Source: Nitrospirota bacterium
GTDB lineage: Bacteria; Nitrospirota; UBA9217
Assembly (NCBI GenBank): GCA_963663225.1
Contig: OY760142.1
Span: 1,440,001 to 1,504,000, forward strand
Direction of reading: 5' to 3'
Length of the DNA: 64,000 nucleotides
Every line of letters starts with the position of its first letter. The stretch's first letter is position 1. Positions 9,369 to 24,854 of this stretch are shown piece by piece. The position numbers and the translations under genes were made by a program. The notes below the pieces were generated by a model. That model was not told where the DNA came from. It worked only from the letters and a program-made list of their open reading frames with translations, and made no database searches.

Positions 9369-10496
9369 ATGACGAACATCCGTCTTCTGAAGAACGGAGT
9401 GGAGGCTTTCCCCGCGATGTTCGCGGCCCTGGATCGAGCCGCATCTTCCATCGCACTCGAAATGTATATTTTTTCAGATGACGATACCGGCAAAGCGTTT
9501 CACGATCATCTTTTTGCTGCGGCCAGGAGGGGAGTGCGAGTTCAGATTCTCGTTGATGCATGGGGCTCGTGGAGTTTGCCTGATGCCTACTGGAATGCTA
9601 TTCGCTCTGTTGGCGGAGAGATTCGATGGTTCCATCCTCTTTTAAAAGGACTTCTTCCGTTTCGCAACCACCGGAAACTTTTGCTTATTGACAACCGTCT
9701 TGCCTATATTGGAGGAATGAATATCGCGGACGAGTACTATCGAGGAGCAAAAGGCGAGTTGCCATGGCGTGATAATGTTGTTGAAATTTCCGGTCTGGAG
9801 GTGACTCAACTCAGACGTTCTTTTTCGAGGATGTGGGCCAAAGCAGATATGCCCTATCGACGACTGTTCCGCTGGCTGAACACTCGGCATCGCATGAAGA
9901 TTACTAAATGTAAAAAAGTGCAATTTTTAGAGAGCGGCCCCGACAATCCTATGCGGCCGGTGCGACAAGCGTATCTGCTGACAGTTCAGGACGCACGGAA
10001 AAGCATTGATCTGGCCATGAGCTACTTCTATCCACACGGCAGAATACTTTCTGCGCTAAAGCGCGCAGCCGCTCGGGGTGTTCGTGTACGATTGCTCGTT
10101 CCTCGGAAAATTGATGTAACAGTAGCACGCTGGGCCGCATGCGGGCTGTACGGCAGACTGCTCAGGGCAGGCATGGAAGTATGGGAATACGAGCCTGCAG
10201 TAATGCATGCAAAGCTTGCGATAGCGGATGATGCAGTCATTGCAGGATCAGCAAATCTTGATATCCGTAGCGGTAGAATCAATCATGAATTGGTTGCAAT
10301 AGTAGCTGAACCGACCATTGCAACGAAAGCTCGCGAGGATTTTGAAGACGATCTTCGATGTTCGCAGCGGATTTTTCTTAAGGATTGGGAGACGAGGCCG
10401 CTTGTGCAAAAGCTTAAAGAACGCATTAGTTATTTTTTGCTGGCACGGACGGATGTTTATGTTGCCAGATTCTCAATGGCAAGAAAGATGAGGTAA
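9369..10496 (+). CDS. Phospholipase D family cardiolipin synthase (ClsB-like, no N-terminal TMs)
   Basis: Two HKD motifs: NHRKLLLID and MHAKLAIAD..GSANLD. Confidence 0.9.
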   Translation: MTNIRLLKNGVEAFPAMFAALDRAASSIALEMYIFSDDDTGKAFHDHLFAAARRGVRVQILVDAWGSWSLPDAYWNAIRSVGGEIRWFHPLLKGLLPFRNHRKLLLIDNRLAYIGGMNIADEYYRGAKGELPWRDNVVEISGLEVTQLRRSFSRMWAKADMPYRRLFRWLNTRHRMKITKCKKVQFLESGPDNPMRPVRQAYLLTVQDARKSIDLAMSYFYPHGRILSALKRAAARGVRVRLLVPRKIDVTVARWAACGLYGRLLRAGMEVWEYEPAVMHAKLAIADDAVIAGSANLDIRSGRINHELVAIVAEPTIATKAREDFEDDLRCSQRIFLKDWETRPLVQKLKERISYFLLARTDVYVARFSMARKMR

Positions 10497-10591
10497 GAAA
10501 CCTGAGGACAGAGAATATGCGGATTCACTCCGTTTTCTGGGTTTAAGAAAGGGTTCTTGGTGAAAAATTGTGGTATGAGAAGGAGGATTAT

Positions 10592-11164
10592 ATGGGTATC
10601 AAAGGAACTAAAACTGAACAGAATTTGCTTGCAGCTTTTGCAGGAGAATCACAGGCTCGAAACCGGTATACTTTTTTTGCAAGCGCTGCCAAAAAAGAGG
10701 GGTATGAGCAGATTGCGGCAATATTCCAGGAGACCGCTGACAACGAAAAAGAGCACGCGAAGCGATTTTTCAAATTCCTCGAAGGCGGTATGGCTGAATT
10801 CACGGCAACTTTTCCTGCCGGACGAATTGGTACTACGGCAGAAAACCTGAAGGCAGCTGCAGAAGGCGAGCATGAGGAATGGGAAAAGCTATACCCTGTT
10901 TTCGCGGAGGTTGCAAAGAAAGAAGGTTTTTCCGATGTTGCAGCGGCGTTCATGTGCATTTCCCAGGTTGAAATTGAGCATGAAAAACGTTATTTGCATT
11001 TGCTGGAAAATATTCAGCAGGGCAAGGTGTTTAAACGAGATACGGCCACGGCCTGGAAATGCCGCAATTGCGGCTACCATCACGAAGGGCAAACGGCGCC
11101 AGAGCAGTGCCCCGCTTGTTTGCATCCGCGGAGCTTCTTCGAGTTGTTTACAGAAACATATTGA
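10592..11164 (+). CDS. rbr: Rubrerythrin
   Basis: AFAGESQARNRY, EKEHAK, GEHEE, EHEKRY, C-terminal WKCRNCG...CPAC; AGGAGG RBS before ATG 10592. Confidence 0.95.
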   Translation: MGIKGTKTEQNLLAAFAGESQARNRYTFFASAAKKEGYEQIAAIFQETADNEKEHAKRFFKFLEGGMAEFTATFPAGRIGTTAENLKAAAEGEHEEWEKLYPVFAEVAKKEGFSDVAAAFMCISQVEIEHEKRYLHLLENIQQGKVFKRDTATAWKCRNCGYHHEGQTAPEQCPACLHPRSFFELFTETY

Positions 11165-11202
11165 ATTGAGCGGCCGGTCTTTTTGCTAAAAGCGGGGTTG
11201 TC

Positions 11203-12630
11203 CTAACGGGTTTCCAGGCTTTTTACTTCCCCAACACGGTGAATTTTGATCATATTCGTGGCGCCGACGACGCCAAGAGGAACTCCCGCGGTGAGCACGA
11301 TCATGTCTTTTGCCTTGATAAGTTTTTGGGCAAGCATGGTATGCTCAACAGCGGCGATCATGTCGTCGGTGGTCCTCTTTGTCCGTAAAATTACCGGTGT
11401 TACCCCCCAATACAGGGATATTTTTCTGGCAACTTTCTCGAAAGGTGTTGCAGCGATAATCGGGACTGTCGGTTTATGTTTGGAAACGAGCAAAGCAGTA
11501 GATCCGGAATGTGTGAAGGTGACAATAGCGCGTGCTTGAAGTTCTGCCGCAGCTCTGCAGGCAGCATGAGCCATGCTCTCGCCGGTACCGAAAATATTGA
11601 CATCAGGCGGGCGGGTGGGCAGGGACTTTTCAGCCTGCACGGCAATTTTTGTCATAAAAGCAACTGATTGTATCGGGTAGTTTCCGACTGCGGTTTCTCC
11701 TGAAAGCATAACGCAGTCCGAACCATCCAGAATCGCGTTTGCCACGTCTGATGCTTCAGCACGAGTAGGCTGCGGATTTTCAATCATGCTTTCGAGCATT
11801 TGTGTGGCCGTAATCACGGGTTTCTCAGCTTCATTGCAGGCCTTGATAATCCGCTTCTGAAGCAGGGGGACTTGTTCCGGGGACATTTCTACCCCAAGAT
11901 CGCCGCGGGCCACCATGATGCCATCCGCCTCACGGATTATATCCTCCAGATTATAGATAGCCTCAGGTTTTTCAATTTTCGCTATGATCGGAATGTCGGC
12001 TTTCAGTGACCGCAGAAAACGCCTGGCGCGAATGATGTCATCCGCCCGCCGGACGAAGGACATAGCGATATAATCCACACTTTGTTTTACGCCAAAAGCC
12101 AGATCTATCTTGTCCTTGCGTGAAAGAGACGGAAGGGTGAGGTGGGCGCCGGGAAGATTGACCCCTTTATGGCTTTTCAGAACACCCCCGCGAACAACTT
12201 TGCAGACCAGGTGAGCAGAATTTTTCTTCGCAACCGTGAGCTCGAGTCTGCCGTCATCCAAAAGAACGGTATCATGAAGCTTGAGATCTTTTATCAGGCG
12301 CGGGTATGTTACGGAAATCTGTTCCCGTGTGCTGAGAATATTTTTTGTTGTGAGGGTCAGAAAATCCCCCCGCCGCAGAGTTATAGAACCATTTTGTATT
12401 GTTCCAACACGCAGTTTTGGCCCCTGCAAATCCTGAATAATTGCAATTTGCTTCCCGGCTTTTACCGCCTCTTGTCGGATTACCCTGATTCGGTGCACGT
12501 GGTCTTTTCGTTCGCCGTGTGAAAAGTTTAATCGCGCAGCATCCATTCCCGCATAGATAAGCCGGGCAATAGTAGCCGGTGAGCTTGAGGCTGGTCCGAT
12601 GGTTGCAATAATTTTTGTACGCTTCGTCAT
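11203..12630 (-). CDS. pyk: Pyruvate kinase
   Basis: TKIIATIGP, RLNFSHG, DLQGPKLR, MVARGDLGVE, TATQMLESM, MLSGETA. Confidence 0.97.
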   Translation of the reverse strand: MTKRTKIIATIGPASSSPATIARLIYAGMDAARLNFSHGERKDHVHRIRVIRQEAVKAGKQIAIIQDLQGPKLRVGTIQNGSITLRRGDFLTLTTKNILSTREQISVTYPRLIKDLKLHDTVLLDDGRLELTVAKKNSAHLVCKVVRGGVLKSHKGVNLPGAHLTLPSLSRKDKIDLAFGVKQSVDYIAMSFVRRADDIIRARRFLRSLKADIPIIAKIEKPEAIYNLEDIIREADGIMVARGDLGVEMSPEQVPLLQKRIIKACNEAEKPVITATQMLESMIENPQPTRAEASDVANAILDGSDCVMLSGETAVGNYPIQSVAFMTKIAVQAEKSLPTRPPDVNIFGTGESMAHAACRAAAELQARAIVTFTHSGSTALLVSKHKPTVPIIAATPFEKVARKISLYWGVTPVILRTKRTTDDMIAAVEHTMLAQKLIKAKDMIVLTAGVPLGVVGATNMIKIHRVGEVKSLETR

Positions 12631-12852
12631 GAAATCTCCTTTGCTGGTTCAAAACACGATGAAAATGCAGAGGTTGAAAAACGGCGACTTTTGAACAGTA
12701 TATCATATTTAACTTGCCAAAATGGATGTTTGAAGATAAAAAAGTTGCCGGCTGAAAAAAGGATGTTATAATAACACGGCAGCGCGAAAAAATCAAAAAA
12801 AGCCCGCGCTGAGCGAACAATTTACAGAAACACAGAATGCGGAGTTTTAAGC

Positions 12853-13998
12853 ATGCTCGAGACCATTGCTTCCCAGTTTCAAATCGAAGGCACGTTTATA
12901 AAGGCTGAACGTTTTGGAAGTGGCTTAATTAACGATACCTATCTGTGCGAATATAAAGAAAACGAAAAAACCAGCAAACATATTTTGCAGCGGATAAATT
13001 CCTTCGTGTTTAAACAGCCCGAACATGTTATGCGCAATATCGAAGTGGTAACTTTGCATATTTTGAAGCAACTCTCTCAAAAAGACATCGACAATTTAGA
13101 AATTATTACACCGACGCTGCTGTACAGCAAAAAAGGACAGCCATATTTTCGCGACAGCCTCGGCTCCTACTGGCGGTTATTTCGCTTTATCGAAGTCGGC
13201 AGCGTTTTTGATACTATACAGGATATTGGGCACGCATTTGAGGTTGGGTGCTGTCTCGGAAAGTTTCAATCCCTTGCGTCGGATATCAAGCCGCAGTTGC
13301 TCCGGGTAACGCTTCCCGGCTTCCATGACACACCGAGATATCTGAAGGAATACGATAAAGCGTTGAAGGAAAACTGCAGGGACCGTTCTGGCCTGATAGA
13401 ACGCGAAATTGCTTTTGTAGAGCAAAGAAGACTGCTCGCTCCAATCCTTATGGAATTGATGACCTCCGGAGGCATTCCGCTTCGTGTTGTTCATAATGAC
13501 CCCAAAGTAAATAACATCATGATTCACACAACGACTCACAAGGCCTTGTGCATGCTGGATTTAGATACAGTCATGCCGGGGATTGTGCATTTTGACTATG
13601 CAGATTGTGTGCGCTCTGCTGCCAATCCTGCGGGAGAAGAAAAGGACGATCTGAAAAAAGTTGATTTTGATTTGAGCTTTTTTGAGGCGATAACGAAAGG
13701 ATATCTTCAGGAAGCGGGCAAGTTTCTTACCCGTGAGGAACGTGATGCACTTCCCGTATCGATAAAGGTCTTAACGTTTGAACTAGGAATCCGCTTCCTT
13801 GCCGATTACCTTCGCGGTGACAGCTATTTCAAAATTAAATACCCAGCACAGAACCTTGATCGTGCGCAAGTCCAGTTTAGACTGCTTGAACGCATAGAAG
13901 CAAAGTACGCACAGATTGCATCAGTGGTCGCTTTGCTTGCGTCGCATAGCAGCAAAACATGCACAAAGCATCCAGGACCAGAAGAATTAAAGCATTAG
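12853..13998 (+). CDS. Aminoglycoside phosphotransferase / N-acetylhexosamine kinase-like protein
   Basis: GSGLINDTY, LQRIN, FHDTP, HNDPKVNN, LDLDTVMPG, RFLADYL.GD.YF. Confidence 0.85.
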   Translation: MLETIASQFQIEGTFIKAERFGSGLINDTYLCEYKENEKTSKHILQRINSFVFKQPEHVMRNIEVVTLHILKQLSQKDIDNLEIITPTLLYSKKGQPYFRDSLGSYWRLFRFIEVGSVFDTIQDIGHAFEVGCCLGKFQSLASDIKPQLLRVTLPGFHDTPRYLKEYDKALKENCRDRSGLIEREIAFVEQRRLLAPILMELMTSGGIPLRVVHNDPKVNNIMIHTTTHKALCMLDLDTVMPGIVHFDYADCVRSAANPAGEEKDDLKKVDFDLSFFEAITKGYLQEAGKFLTREERDALPVSIKVLTFELGIRFLADYLRGDSYFKIKYPAQNLDRAQVQFRLLERIEAKYAQIASVVALLASHSSKTCTKHPGPEELKH

Positions 13999-14026
13999 CA
14001 TATCCGGAGAAAGGAGGTGGCGCTCA

Positions 14027-14095
14027 ATGGCATGCGGCAAGAAATGTGGTGCGAAGAAAAAGGCAACGAAGAAAAAAGCTACGAAGAAAAAATAA
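14027..14095 (+). CDS. 22-aa Lys-rich microprotein MACGKKCGAKKKATKKKATKKK
   Basis: AAGGAGGTG RBS 7 nt upstream, clean ORF, intrinsic terminator directly downstream. Below the ORF-track cutoff. Confidence 0.75.
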   Translation: MACGKKCGAKKKATKKKATKKK

Positions 14096-14103
14096 AATGG
14101 TTG

Positions 14104-14133
14104 AGGCGGGTGCGATAACGCCCGCCTTTTTTT
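14104..14133 (+). terminator. Intrinsic terminator
   Basis: AGGCGGGTG-CGATAA-CGCCCGCCT followed by a T run. Confidence 0.85.
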
Positions 14134-14271
14134 AAGCCCGGCCGATAGACTGTTTCCCAGTATTACATTGACATTTAAAACGAGGTGTGATAGAAAAATT
14201 TGCTGATTCAAGTCCGTACTAAAAGCATATAAAATTTTTCCAGAACAGATAATAATGAGCGAGGTTTCTTA

Positions 14272-15489
14272 ATGTTTTCCGCAAAAGAACAGTTGAATGT
14301 AATAAAACGCGGTGCTGTAGAGGTTATTATTGAAAGCGATTTGCTGAAGAAGCTTGAAAAATCACTTGCTACCAATAAACCGCTCCGCATTAAGGCAGGC
14401 TTCGATCCCACGGCTCCTGATATTCATCTCGGGCATACCGTGCTGTTAAACAAGATGCATCAATTCCAGGAACTGGGGCACGAAGTTATTTTTCTCATCG
14501 GCGACTTTACGGGCATGATTGGGGACCCCACAGGGAAATCTGAGACGAGAAAACACCTTTCCCGGGAAGAGGTCCTGGACAACGCCAAGACGTACCAATC
14601 TCAAATCTATAAGGTTCTTGACAAGCAAAAAACGAGAATTGCCTTTAACAGTGCATGGATGGCGGACATGAAGGCAGAGCAACTGATCCAGCTTGCAGCA
14701 CAATACACTGTTGCCCGCATGTTGGAGCGTGAAGATTTTAAAAAGCGCTATCAGGCCGAACTCCCGATCAGCATTCACGAATTTCTTTATCCGCTCATAC
14801 AGGGGTACGATTCTGTCGCGCTCCAGGCCGACGTAGAACTTGGCGGCACAGACCAGAAATTTAATCTGCTTGTAGGGCGGGAGCTCCAGAAGGGGTGCGG
14901 GCAGGAACCTCAGTCAATCGTATTGATGCCGCTTCTTGAGGGTTTGGACGGATTAAATAAAATGAGCAAAAGCCTTGGTAACTATATTGGCATCAACGAG
15001 CCTGCCAAGGATATATTCGGCAAGATAATGTCCGTAAGCGACAAGTTGATGATTCGTTATTACGAGCTGCTCAGCGCTGTTTCTCTTCAAGACGTTGAGA
15101 AAATACAAGCCGACATCCAGACCGGCAAGCTCCATCCTATGGAAGCGAAAAAGATGCTTGCCTCGGAATTTGCGGACCGTTTTTGCGGATCCGGTGAAGG
15201 GCAAAAAGCCCGGCAGGAGTTTGAGAAAGTATTCAGTAAAAAAAATCTGCCGGAGGATATCCCCATTGCTGAAATAGTTTGGGATGGAGAAAAGATGAAG
15301 CTCACAAAAATCATGTCGACATCAGGAATTGTAGCGAGCAACTCTGAAGCGCGTAGAATGATTCAGCAGGGCGCAGTAGAGGTAAACGAAAAACCGGTCA
15401 AGGATATTGATGCAGAGTTATCAAAAGATGGTGAATATGTAATGCGGGTCGGGAAAAAACGTTTTGTGAAAATTGTCTCAAAGAAATAG
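14272..15489 (+). CDS. tyrS: Tyrosine--tRNA ligase
   Basis: [35 protein letters not shown]-terminal S4 domain. Confidence 0.97.
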   Translation: MFSAKEQLNVIKRGAVEVIIESDLLKKLEKSLATNKPLRIKAGFDPTAPDIHLGHTVLLNKMHQFQELGHEVIFLIGDFTGMIGDPTGKSETRKHLSREEVLDNAKTYQSQIYKVLDKQKTRIAFNSAWMADMKAEQLIQLAAQYTVARMLEREDFKKRYQAELPISIHEFLYPLIQGYDSVALQADVELGGTDQKFNLLVGRELQKGCGQEPQSIVLMPLLEGLDGLNKMSKSLGNYIGINEPAKDIFGKIMSVSDKLMIRYYELLSAVSLQDVEKIQADIQTGKLHPMEAKKMLASEFADRFCGSGEGQKARQEFEKVFSKKNLPEDIPIAEIVWDGEKMKLTKIMSTSGIVASNSEARRMIQQGAVEVNEKPVKDIDAELSKDGEYVMRVGKKRFVKIVSKK

Positions 15490-15614
15490 GGCTAAAATTG
15501 CTTAAAATATTCAACCGCGCATGCCTCTACAGGTGGCGGATAGTTAATAGCTATATCTTATTTTCTTATTGGGGTCAGGAAGAATAAAAAAATGCATTTA
15601 ATACGAAAAAAGAC

Positions 15615-15763
15615 TTGACAGAAGGTCCGGATTCTGATAAATTGCGCCCTCGTTGGCCGTAAAACCTCGGGCAAAACCTCGAAGCTTTATTACTACCAAC
15701 CAGCTTAAATAATAAAAAATTGAAGTTATTTTTCTTGACAAAATAAATTAAGTCTGATAATAT
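15615..15763 (+). promoter_or_regulatory. Tandem rRNA promoters (P1/P2)
   Basis: TTGACA at 15615 and 15735, each with A/T-rich upstream tracts and a -10-like hexamer about 17 nt on. A boxA-like GTCTTTGAAAA lies near 15797. Confidence 0.65.
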
Positions 15764-15916
15764 TATTATTCTGCGATGTAGGCAGTATGTGCATGGTCTT
15801 TGAAAACTAAATAGGTGTAGAAACTCAAATCACTAACCAAAGTGGTTTGAGTGTTGGCGGGTTTTTGAGTATATAAAAGTCAAGTTACCTTGAGTAACAT
15901 TGCATAAGGATCAGAT

Positions 15917-17488
<1,572 letters not shown>

Positions 17489-17647
17489 GGCTTACAACGA
17501 ACAAGTTTTCGTTGTCATCCAGGTCGTTCGCCAGCACCTATTTAGTTTTGAAGGACCATGAGCAATGCTCAGGGCTATAGGCATGGGCTCGGAGCTTTAC
17601 CCCCGGGAAAAGTCCTGAGCCTGATCGAAGCGAAGTATAATCGTGAC

Positions 17648-17724
<77 letters not shown>

Positions 17725-17762
17725 AGCCAATTAAGATCATATGGTTTGATCTGGTTGCTGTC

Positions 17763-17838
17763 GGGGCTGTAGCTCAGCTGGGAGAGCACCTGCTTTGCAA
17801 GCAGGGGGTCGGCGGTTCGATCCCGCTCAGCTCCACCA
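17763..17838 (+). tRNA. tRNA-Ala(TGC)
   Basis: GGGGCTGTAGCTCAG...TTTGCAA...GTTCGA...CTCCACCA. Confidence 0.97.
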
Positions 17839-17971
17839 TTAAAATTTAAATATTATTTTTTTGATCTTTGCGTATTACGCAAAGCGTTCTTTGACAACTG
17901 AATAGCAAGATACAAGTAAAAAGCTGAGGCGAAAATCAAGAAACGCTGAATCTGCCAGGAGCAGATTTGGT

Positions 17972-20969
<2,998 letters not shown>

Positions 20970-21050
20970 ACTAAATTTTCTGCTTCTGACAGATTCGGCT
21001 TTTTGTATATCTTGCTTATTCAGTGTCAAATACATATGTCGTTTAAGGTT

Positions 21051-21168
<118 letters not shown>

Positions 21169-21176
21169 TATTTTTC

Positions 21177-21210
21177 AAGCCCATCATTCATTTGAGTGAT
21201 GGGCTTTTTT
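21177..21210 (+). terminator. rrn operon terminator
   Basis: AAGCCCATCATTCA-TT-TGAGTGATGGGCTT followed by a T run. Confidence 0.85.
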
Positions 21211-21300
21211 AATATCCGAACTCTGCGCTGTGTCTTGCAATCAATACGTCAATCGTTTTTATATTTATAAAAAACAATTCTTCGTGCTATACTGTCGGCC

Positions 21301-22572
21301 ATGCGATTGATAGCAGACCTCCATGTCCACTCCCATTATTCCCGCGCAACAAGTAAAGATATGTCTCCTGAGGGCATCTGGAGATGGGCACAGCTCAAAG
21401 GTATTTCCGTTATTGGCACCGGTGATTTTACCCACCCACAGTGGCTTAAAGAACTGCAGGAAAAAACTGAACCAACAGGGAACGGCCTGCTCACGCTCAA
21501 GAAAGAATTTCAGACTGCTGACGTTCCTGCATCCTGCAAGGCCGATGTGTCTTTCGTTCTCTCCGCGGAAATCAGCTGTATCTACAGTAAAAATGGAAAG
21601 ACGAGGAAAATACACTCAGTCATTCTTGCACCGGACTTTGCCAGTGCTGCACGGCTGAATCTGGCTCTGACAAAAATCGGAAATCTAACCGCTGATGGCA
21701 GACCCATTCTCGGCCTCGACGCAAAAGAGTTGCTGAAAATTACGCTTGAAGCGTCCCCCGAGTCTTTGTTCATCCCTGCTCATGTGTGGACCCCGCATTT
21801 TTCCGTTTTCGGAGCGGCATCGGGGTTTGATTCCCTGGAAGAATGTTTTGAGGAACTGACGCCGCATATTTATGCTGTTGAAACAGGGCTTTCCTCGAAT
21901 CCAGCGATGAACTGGCGACTTTCCATGCTTGATCGGATAACACTGGTATCAAACTCCGATGCTCATTCAGCAGGAAAAATCGGACGCGAGGCGAATATCC
22001 TTGACACCGACCTCGCGTATTCATCTTTAACGGATGCAATCAAGACACGGAAGAATTTTCTCGGCACTATTGAGTTTTTCCCTGAGGAAGGAAAGTATCA
22101 TTTTGACGGCCACCGCGAGTGCAGTGCCAGTTTATCACCCCTGGAAACGATTCATCATAACTATCTCTGCCCGGTCTGCGGCAGGAAAGTCACGGTTGGT
22201 GTGATGCACCGGGTTGAAAAACTGGCCGATCGGCAAGAAGATTTCAAGCTTTCCGGTGCTCCCCCGTATCGCTCCATTATTCCGCTGCCTGAGATCATTG
22301 CAGAAAGCCTGAACGTAGGCGTAAACACAAAAACAGTAAATACTCAATATTTTCGCATGCTCGAAAAACTGGGCAATGAATTCAAAATACTCCTTGATAC
22401 CACGCCGGAAGATATCGAATGCGCTGGTACCCCTCTGATTAAGGAAGCCATCTCCCGCATGCGGAAAGGCAATATTCATATTGCGCCCGGATACGATGGT
22501 GAATATGGAAAGATCAGTATATTTAAAGAAACGGAACGAACGGTGGACAAGAGGCAGATGAAATTACTCTAA
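21301..22572 (+). CDS. Endonuclease Q family protein (PHP domain plus Zn ribbon)
   Basis: ADLHVHSHYSRATS, GTGDFTHP, PAHVWTP, ETGLSS, SNSDAHS, GKYHFDGHREC, CPVCG, PGYDGEYG. Confidence 0.9.
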   Translation: MRLIADLHVHSHYSRATSKDMSPEGIWRWAQLKGISVIGTGDFTHPQWLKELQEKTEPTGNGLLTLKKEFQTADVPASCKADVSFVLSAEISCIYSKNGKTRKIHSVILAPDFASAARLNLALTKIGNLTADGRPILGLDAKELLKITLEASPESLFIPAHVWTPHFSVFGAASGFDSLEECFEELTPHIYAVETGLSSNPAMNWRLSMLDRITLVSNSDAHSAGKIGREANILDTDLAYSSLTDAIKTRKNFLGTIEFFPEEGKYHFDGHRECSASLSPLETIHHNYLCPVCGRKVTVGVMHRVEKLADRQEDFKLSGAPPYRSIIPLPEIIAESLNVGVNTKTVNTQYFRMLEKLGNEFKILLDTTPEDIECAGTPLIKEAISRMRKGNIHIAPGYDGEYGKISIFKETERTVDKRQMKLL

Positions 22573-22652
22573 GATACCTGTTACGACGCAGACATGCAGA
22601 TTTTGTCGAGATACAGCCGTCTGGGGCGACCACTCTTCCAAAGGTTCTTCAC

Positions 22653-24257
22653 ATGCAGTTTACACGCCAGATACTTGATGGATTAAACGAAAACCAAACA
22701 AAAGCCGTTTCTGCACCAGAAGGCCCCCTGCTGATTGTTGCGGGGCCGGGAACGGGAAAGACGCTGACCATTGTTCGCCGGATCGCTTATCTTGTAGAAC
22801 AGGGAGCTACTCCGGAGGGCATTCTTGTCGTGACGTTTACAAACCGTGCGGCGCAAGAAATGAAAACTCGGGCAGAAGCGCTGCTGGAAAACAAAGCATT
22901 ACGCCTCTTTATAGGCACGTTCCACCTTCTTGGACTCAAAATTTTAAAAGAAACTTCCGGGGAAAGATTCATTCTGTTCGACAAAGAAAGCCAGTTGCAA
23001 CTCATCAAAACTGTTTCGAAGCTTCCGAACAAACGAGCAGAAAAACTGATGGAAAAAATATCGAGAGTGAAAAATTTTCAGGAGAATAACGACGGAGAGA
23101 TGCAGGAGATGCTCACGCTGTATCACTCTGCACTAAGACAGCGCAACGCCTATGATTTTGACGATTTGATTCGTGTTCCTCTTGCATTGCTTGAGAGTAA
23201 CCTGGAAATTCGCAAGAGATATCAGGAGAGGTTTAAACACATCGTGGTGGATGAATACCAGGATATTAATGCCGCCCAATATCGATTACTAAAAATTCTT
23301 ACACCAAACGACAATATCTGCGTTGTGGGAGATCCAGATCAGGCAATCTATGCTTTTCGGGGTGCGGACGTCCGGAATTTTCTGGATTTTGAACATGATT
23401 TTCCCGGGGCAACAAAAGTTACGCTCACAGAAAACTACCGATCCACCGGCAGTATTCTTCAGGCTGCTGGAACCGTAATAAAAAACAATGCAAAAAGGAT
23501 TGATAAACCCCTTGTTTCCAGACAGGGAAAAGGCGCAGATCTTACGATTATTTCCGTTCCTGATGAAAAAAGCGAGGGGAGTACTATCGTGAGGGAAATC
23601 GAGAGGAGAATCGGAGGAACGAGTCATTATCAAATGAGGCATGATCATGCCATTGAATGTGGTAAAAACCACTCTCTCAGATTTTCTGATTTTGCCGTTT
23701 TATTCAGGACCAATGCCCAGGCAAGGGTTCTGGGAGAAGCGTTTCGTACATCGGGCATTCCTTATCAAGTGCTTGGCCGCAATAAAAACGCACAGACAAA
23801 AGAAAGAGAAGAGACGGTTGCCTATCTTCGCTCCCTTCTGCGAACCGATGAAAGCCCCGGCGCAACTCCTCCGGAAGATCAAGAAGCAAAGCTTATCACG
23901 CCGGAGGACTACTTTGACCCGCGGGCAGATGTTGTTACACTTATGACACTGCATTCAGCGAAGGGACTGGAGTTTCCGGTTGTATTTATAGCAGGGTGTG
24001 AAGAAGGGCTTATTCCATACACCGCGCTGCAAGGCAGCATGGATATTGAAGAAGAGCGCAGGCTTTACTATGTGGGAATGACTCGCGCAAAAGAGGAGTT
24101 GCTGATCCTGCATTCAAGAAGGAGGTTCCTTTTCGGCTGCCAGTCATCGCCGGGGCCTTCCCCTTTTCTTGACGAAATTCCTACCGCACTCGTGCAACGA
24201 AGAACGATACCTGACAAAAAAGAAGCAAAGCAGAACCAGCAGATCGGATTGTTTTAA
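22653..24257 (+). CDS. UvrD/PcrA-family SF1A helicase, short form lacking most of subdomain 2B
   Basis: AGPGTGKT, TFTNRAA, VDEYQD, GDPDQAIYAFRGA, NYRS, TLHSAKGLEF, EERRLYYVGMTRA. Confidence 0.92.
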   Translation: MQFTRQILDGLNENQTKAVSAPEGPLLIVAGPGTGKTLTIVRRIAYLVEQGATPEGILVVTFTNRAAQEMKTRAEALLENKALRLFIGTFHLLGLKILKETSGERFILFDKESQLQLIKTVSKLPNKRAEKLMEKISRVKNFQENNDGEMQEMLTLYHSALRQRNAYDFDDLIRVPLALLESNLEIRKRYQERFKHIVVDEYQDINAAQYRLLKILTPNDNICVVGDPDQAIYAFRGADVRNFLDFEHDFPGATKVTLTENYRSTGSILQAAGTVIKNNAKRIDKPLVSRQGKGADLTIISVPDEKSEGSTIVREIERRIGGTSHYQMRHDHAIECGKNHSLRFSDFAVLFRTNAQARVLGEAFRTSGIPYQVLGRNKNAQTKEREETVAYLRSLLRTDESPGATPPEDQEAKLITPEDYFDPRADVVTLMTLHSAKGLEFPVVFIAGCEEGLIPYTALQGSMDIEEERRLYYVGMTRAKEELLILHSRRRFLFGCQSSPGPSPFLDEIPTALVQRRTIPDKKEAKQNQQIGLF

Positions 24258-24369
24258 TTCAGGGACTCCACTTGCGTTCTCTCTTTTTTTGTGATAGAAC
24301 AGGGGTGCGTATCGATGCCGAATCCCTTTTAACGAGTGTTCTGCCGGATACCAGGAAGAGGTTGATTCC

Positions 24370-24744
24370 ATGCCAACGAAAATAAAAATTTCAATTCAAA
24401 ATATCTCGCTTGATGCTGAGCTTTACGATACTGCCTGTGCCAAGGCAATTGCAGCAGTGCTCCCTCTTGAAACAACACCCAATAAATGGGGCGATGAGTT
24501 TTATTTCGGCATTCCGGTGAAAAACGGACCAGATGAGACGGCAACGTCAAAAGTAAACATTGGCGATATCGGCCTTTGGCCTCCCGGAAATGCACTGGCG
24601 ATATTTTTCGGACCCACGCCCATGAGCAGCGGCAATGATCCTGTACCGGCAAGTGACGTAAACATAGTTGGGAAAATTACCGGTGATGCAACAGTGCTGA
24701 GAAAAGTAAAAGGGACAGCAACGATTAAAATCGAAAAATCCTAG
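24370..24744 (+). CDS. Cyclophilin-like fold protein (TM1367/DUF369-like)
   Basis: WGDEFYF, GDIGLWPPGNALAIFFGPTP, PASDVNIVG. Confidence 0.8.
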   Translation: MPTKIKISIQNISLDAELYDTACAKAIAAVLPLETTPNKWGDEFYFGIPVKNGPDETATSKVNIGDIGLWPPGNALAIFFGPTPMSSGNDPVPASDVNIVGKITGDATVLRKVKGTATIKIEKS

Positions 24745-24854
24745 GAGAGGACTGCTACCGAGACGTCTTCCGGGGCGGCTCGCGAATGCCGACGCTCCGT
24801 CCTTGCATCTTTTGTCTCTTTCGTTTCCGCTTTTCTTGTGTTAATATAATCCAC

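Noticed and set aside
24258-24369. Possible riboswitch (AGGGGTGC start) before the cyclophilin-like gene
   Set aside because: It lacks the CTGAGA and other conserved TPP elements, and no other aptamer consensus is recognisable.
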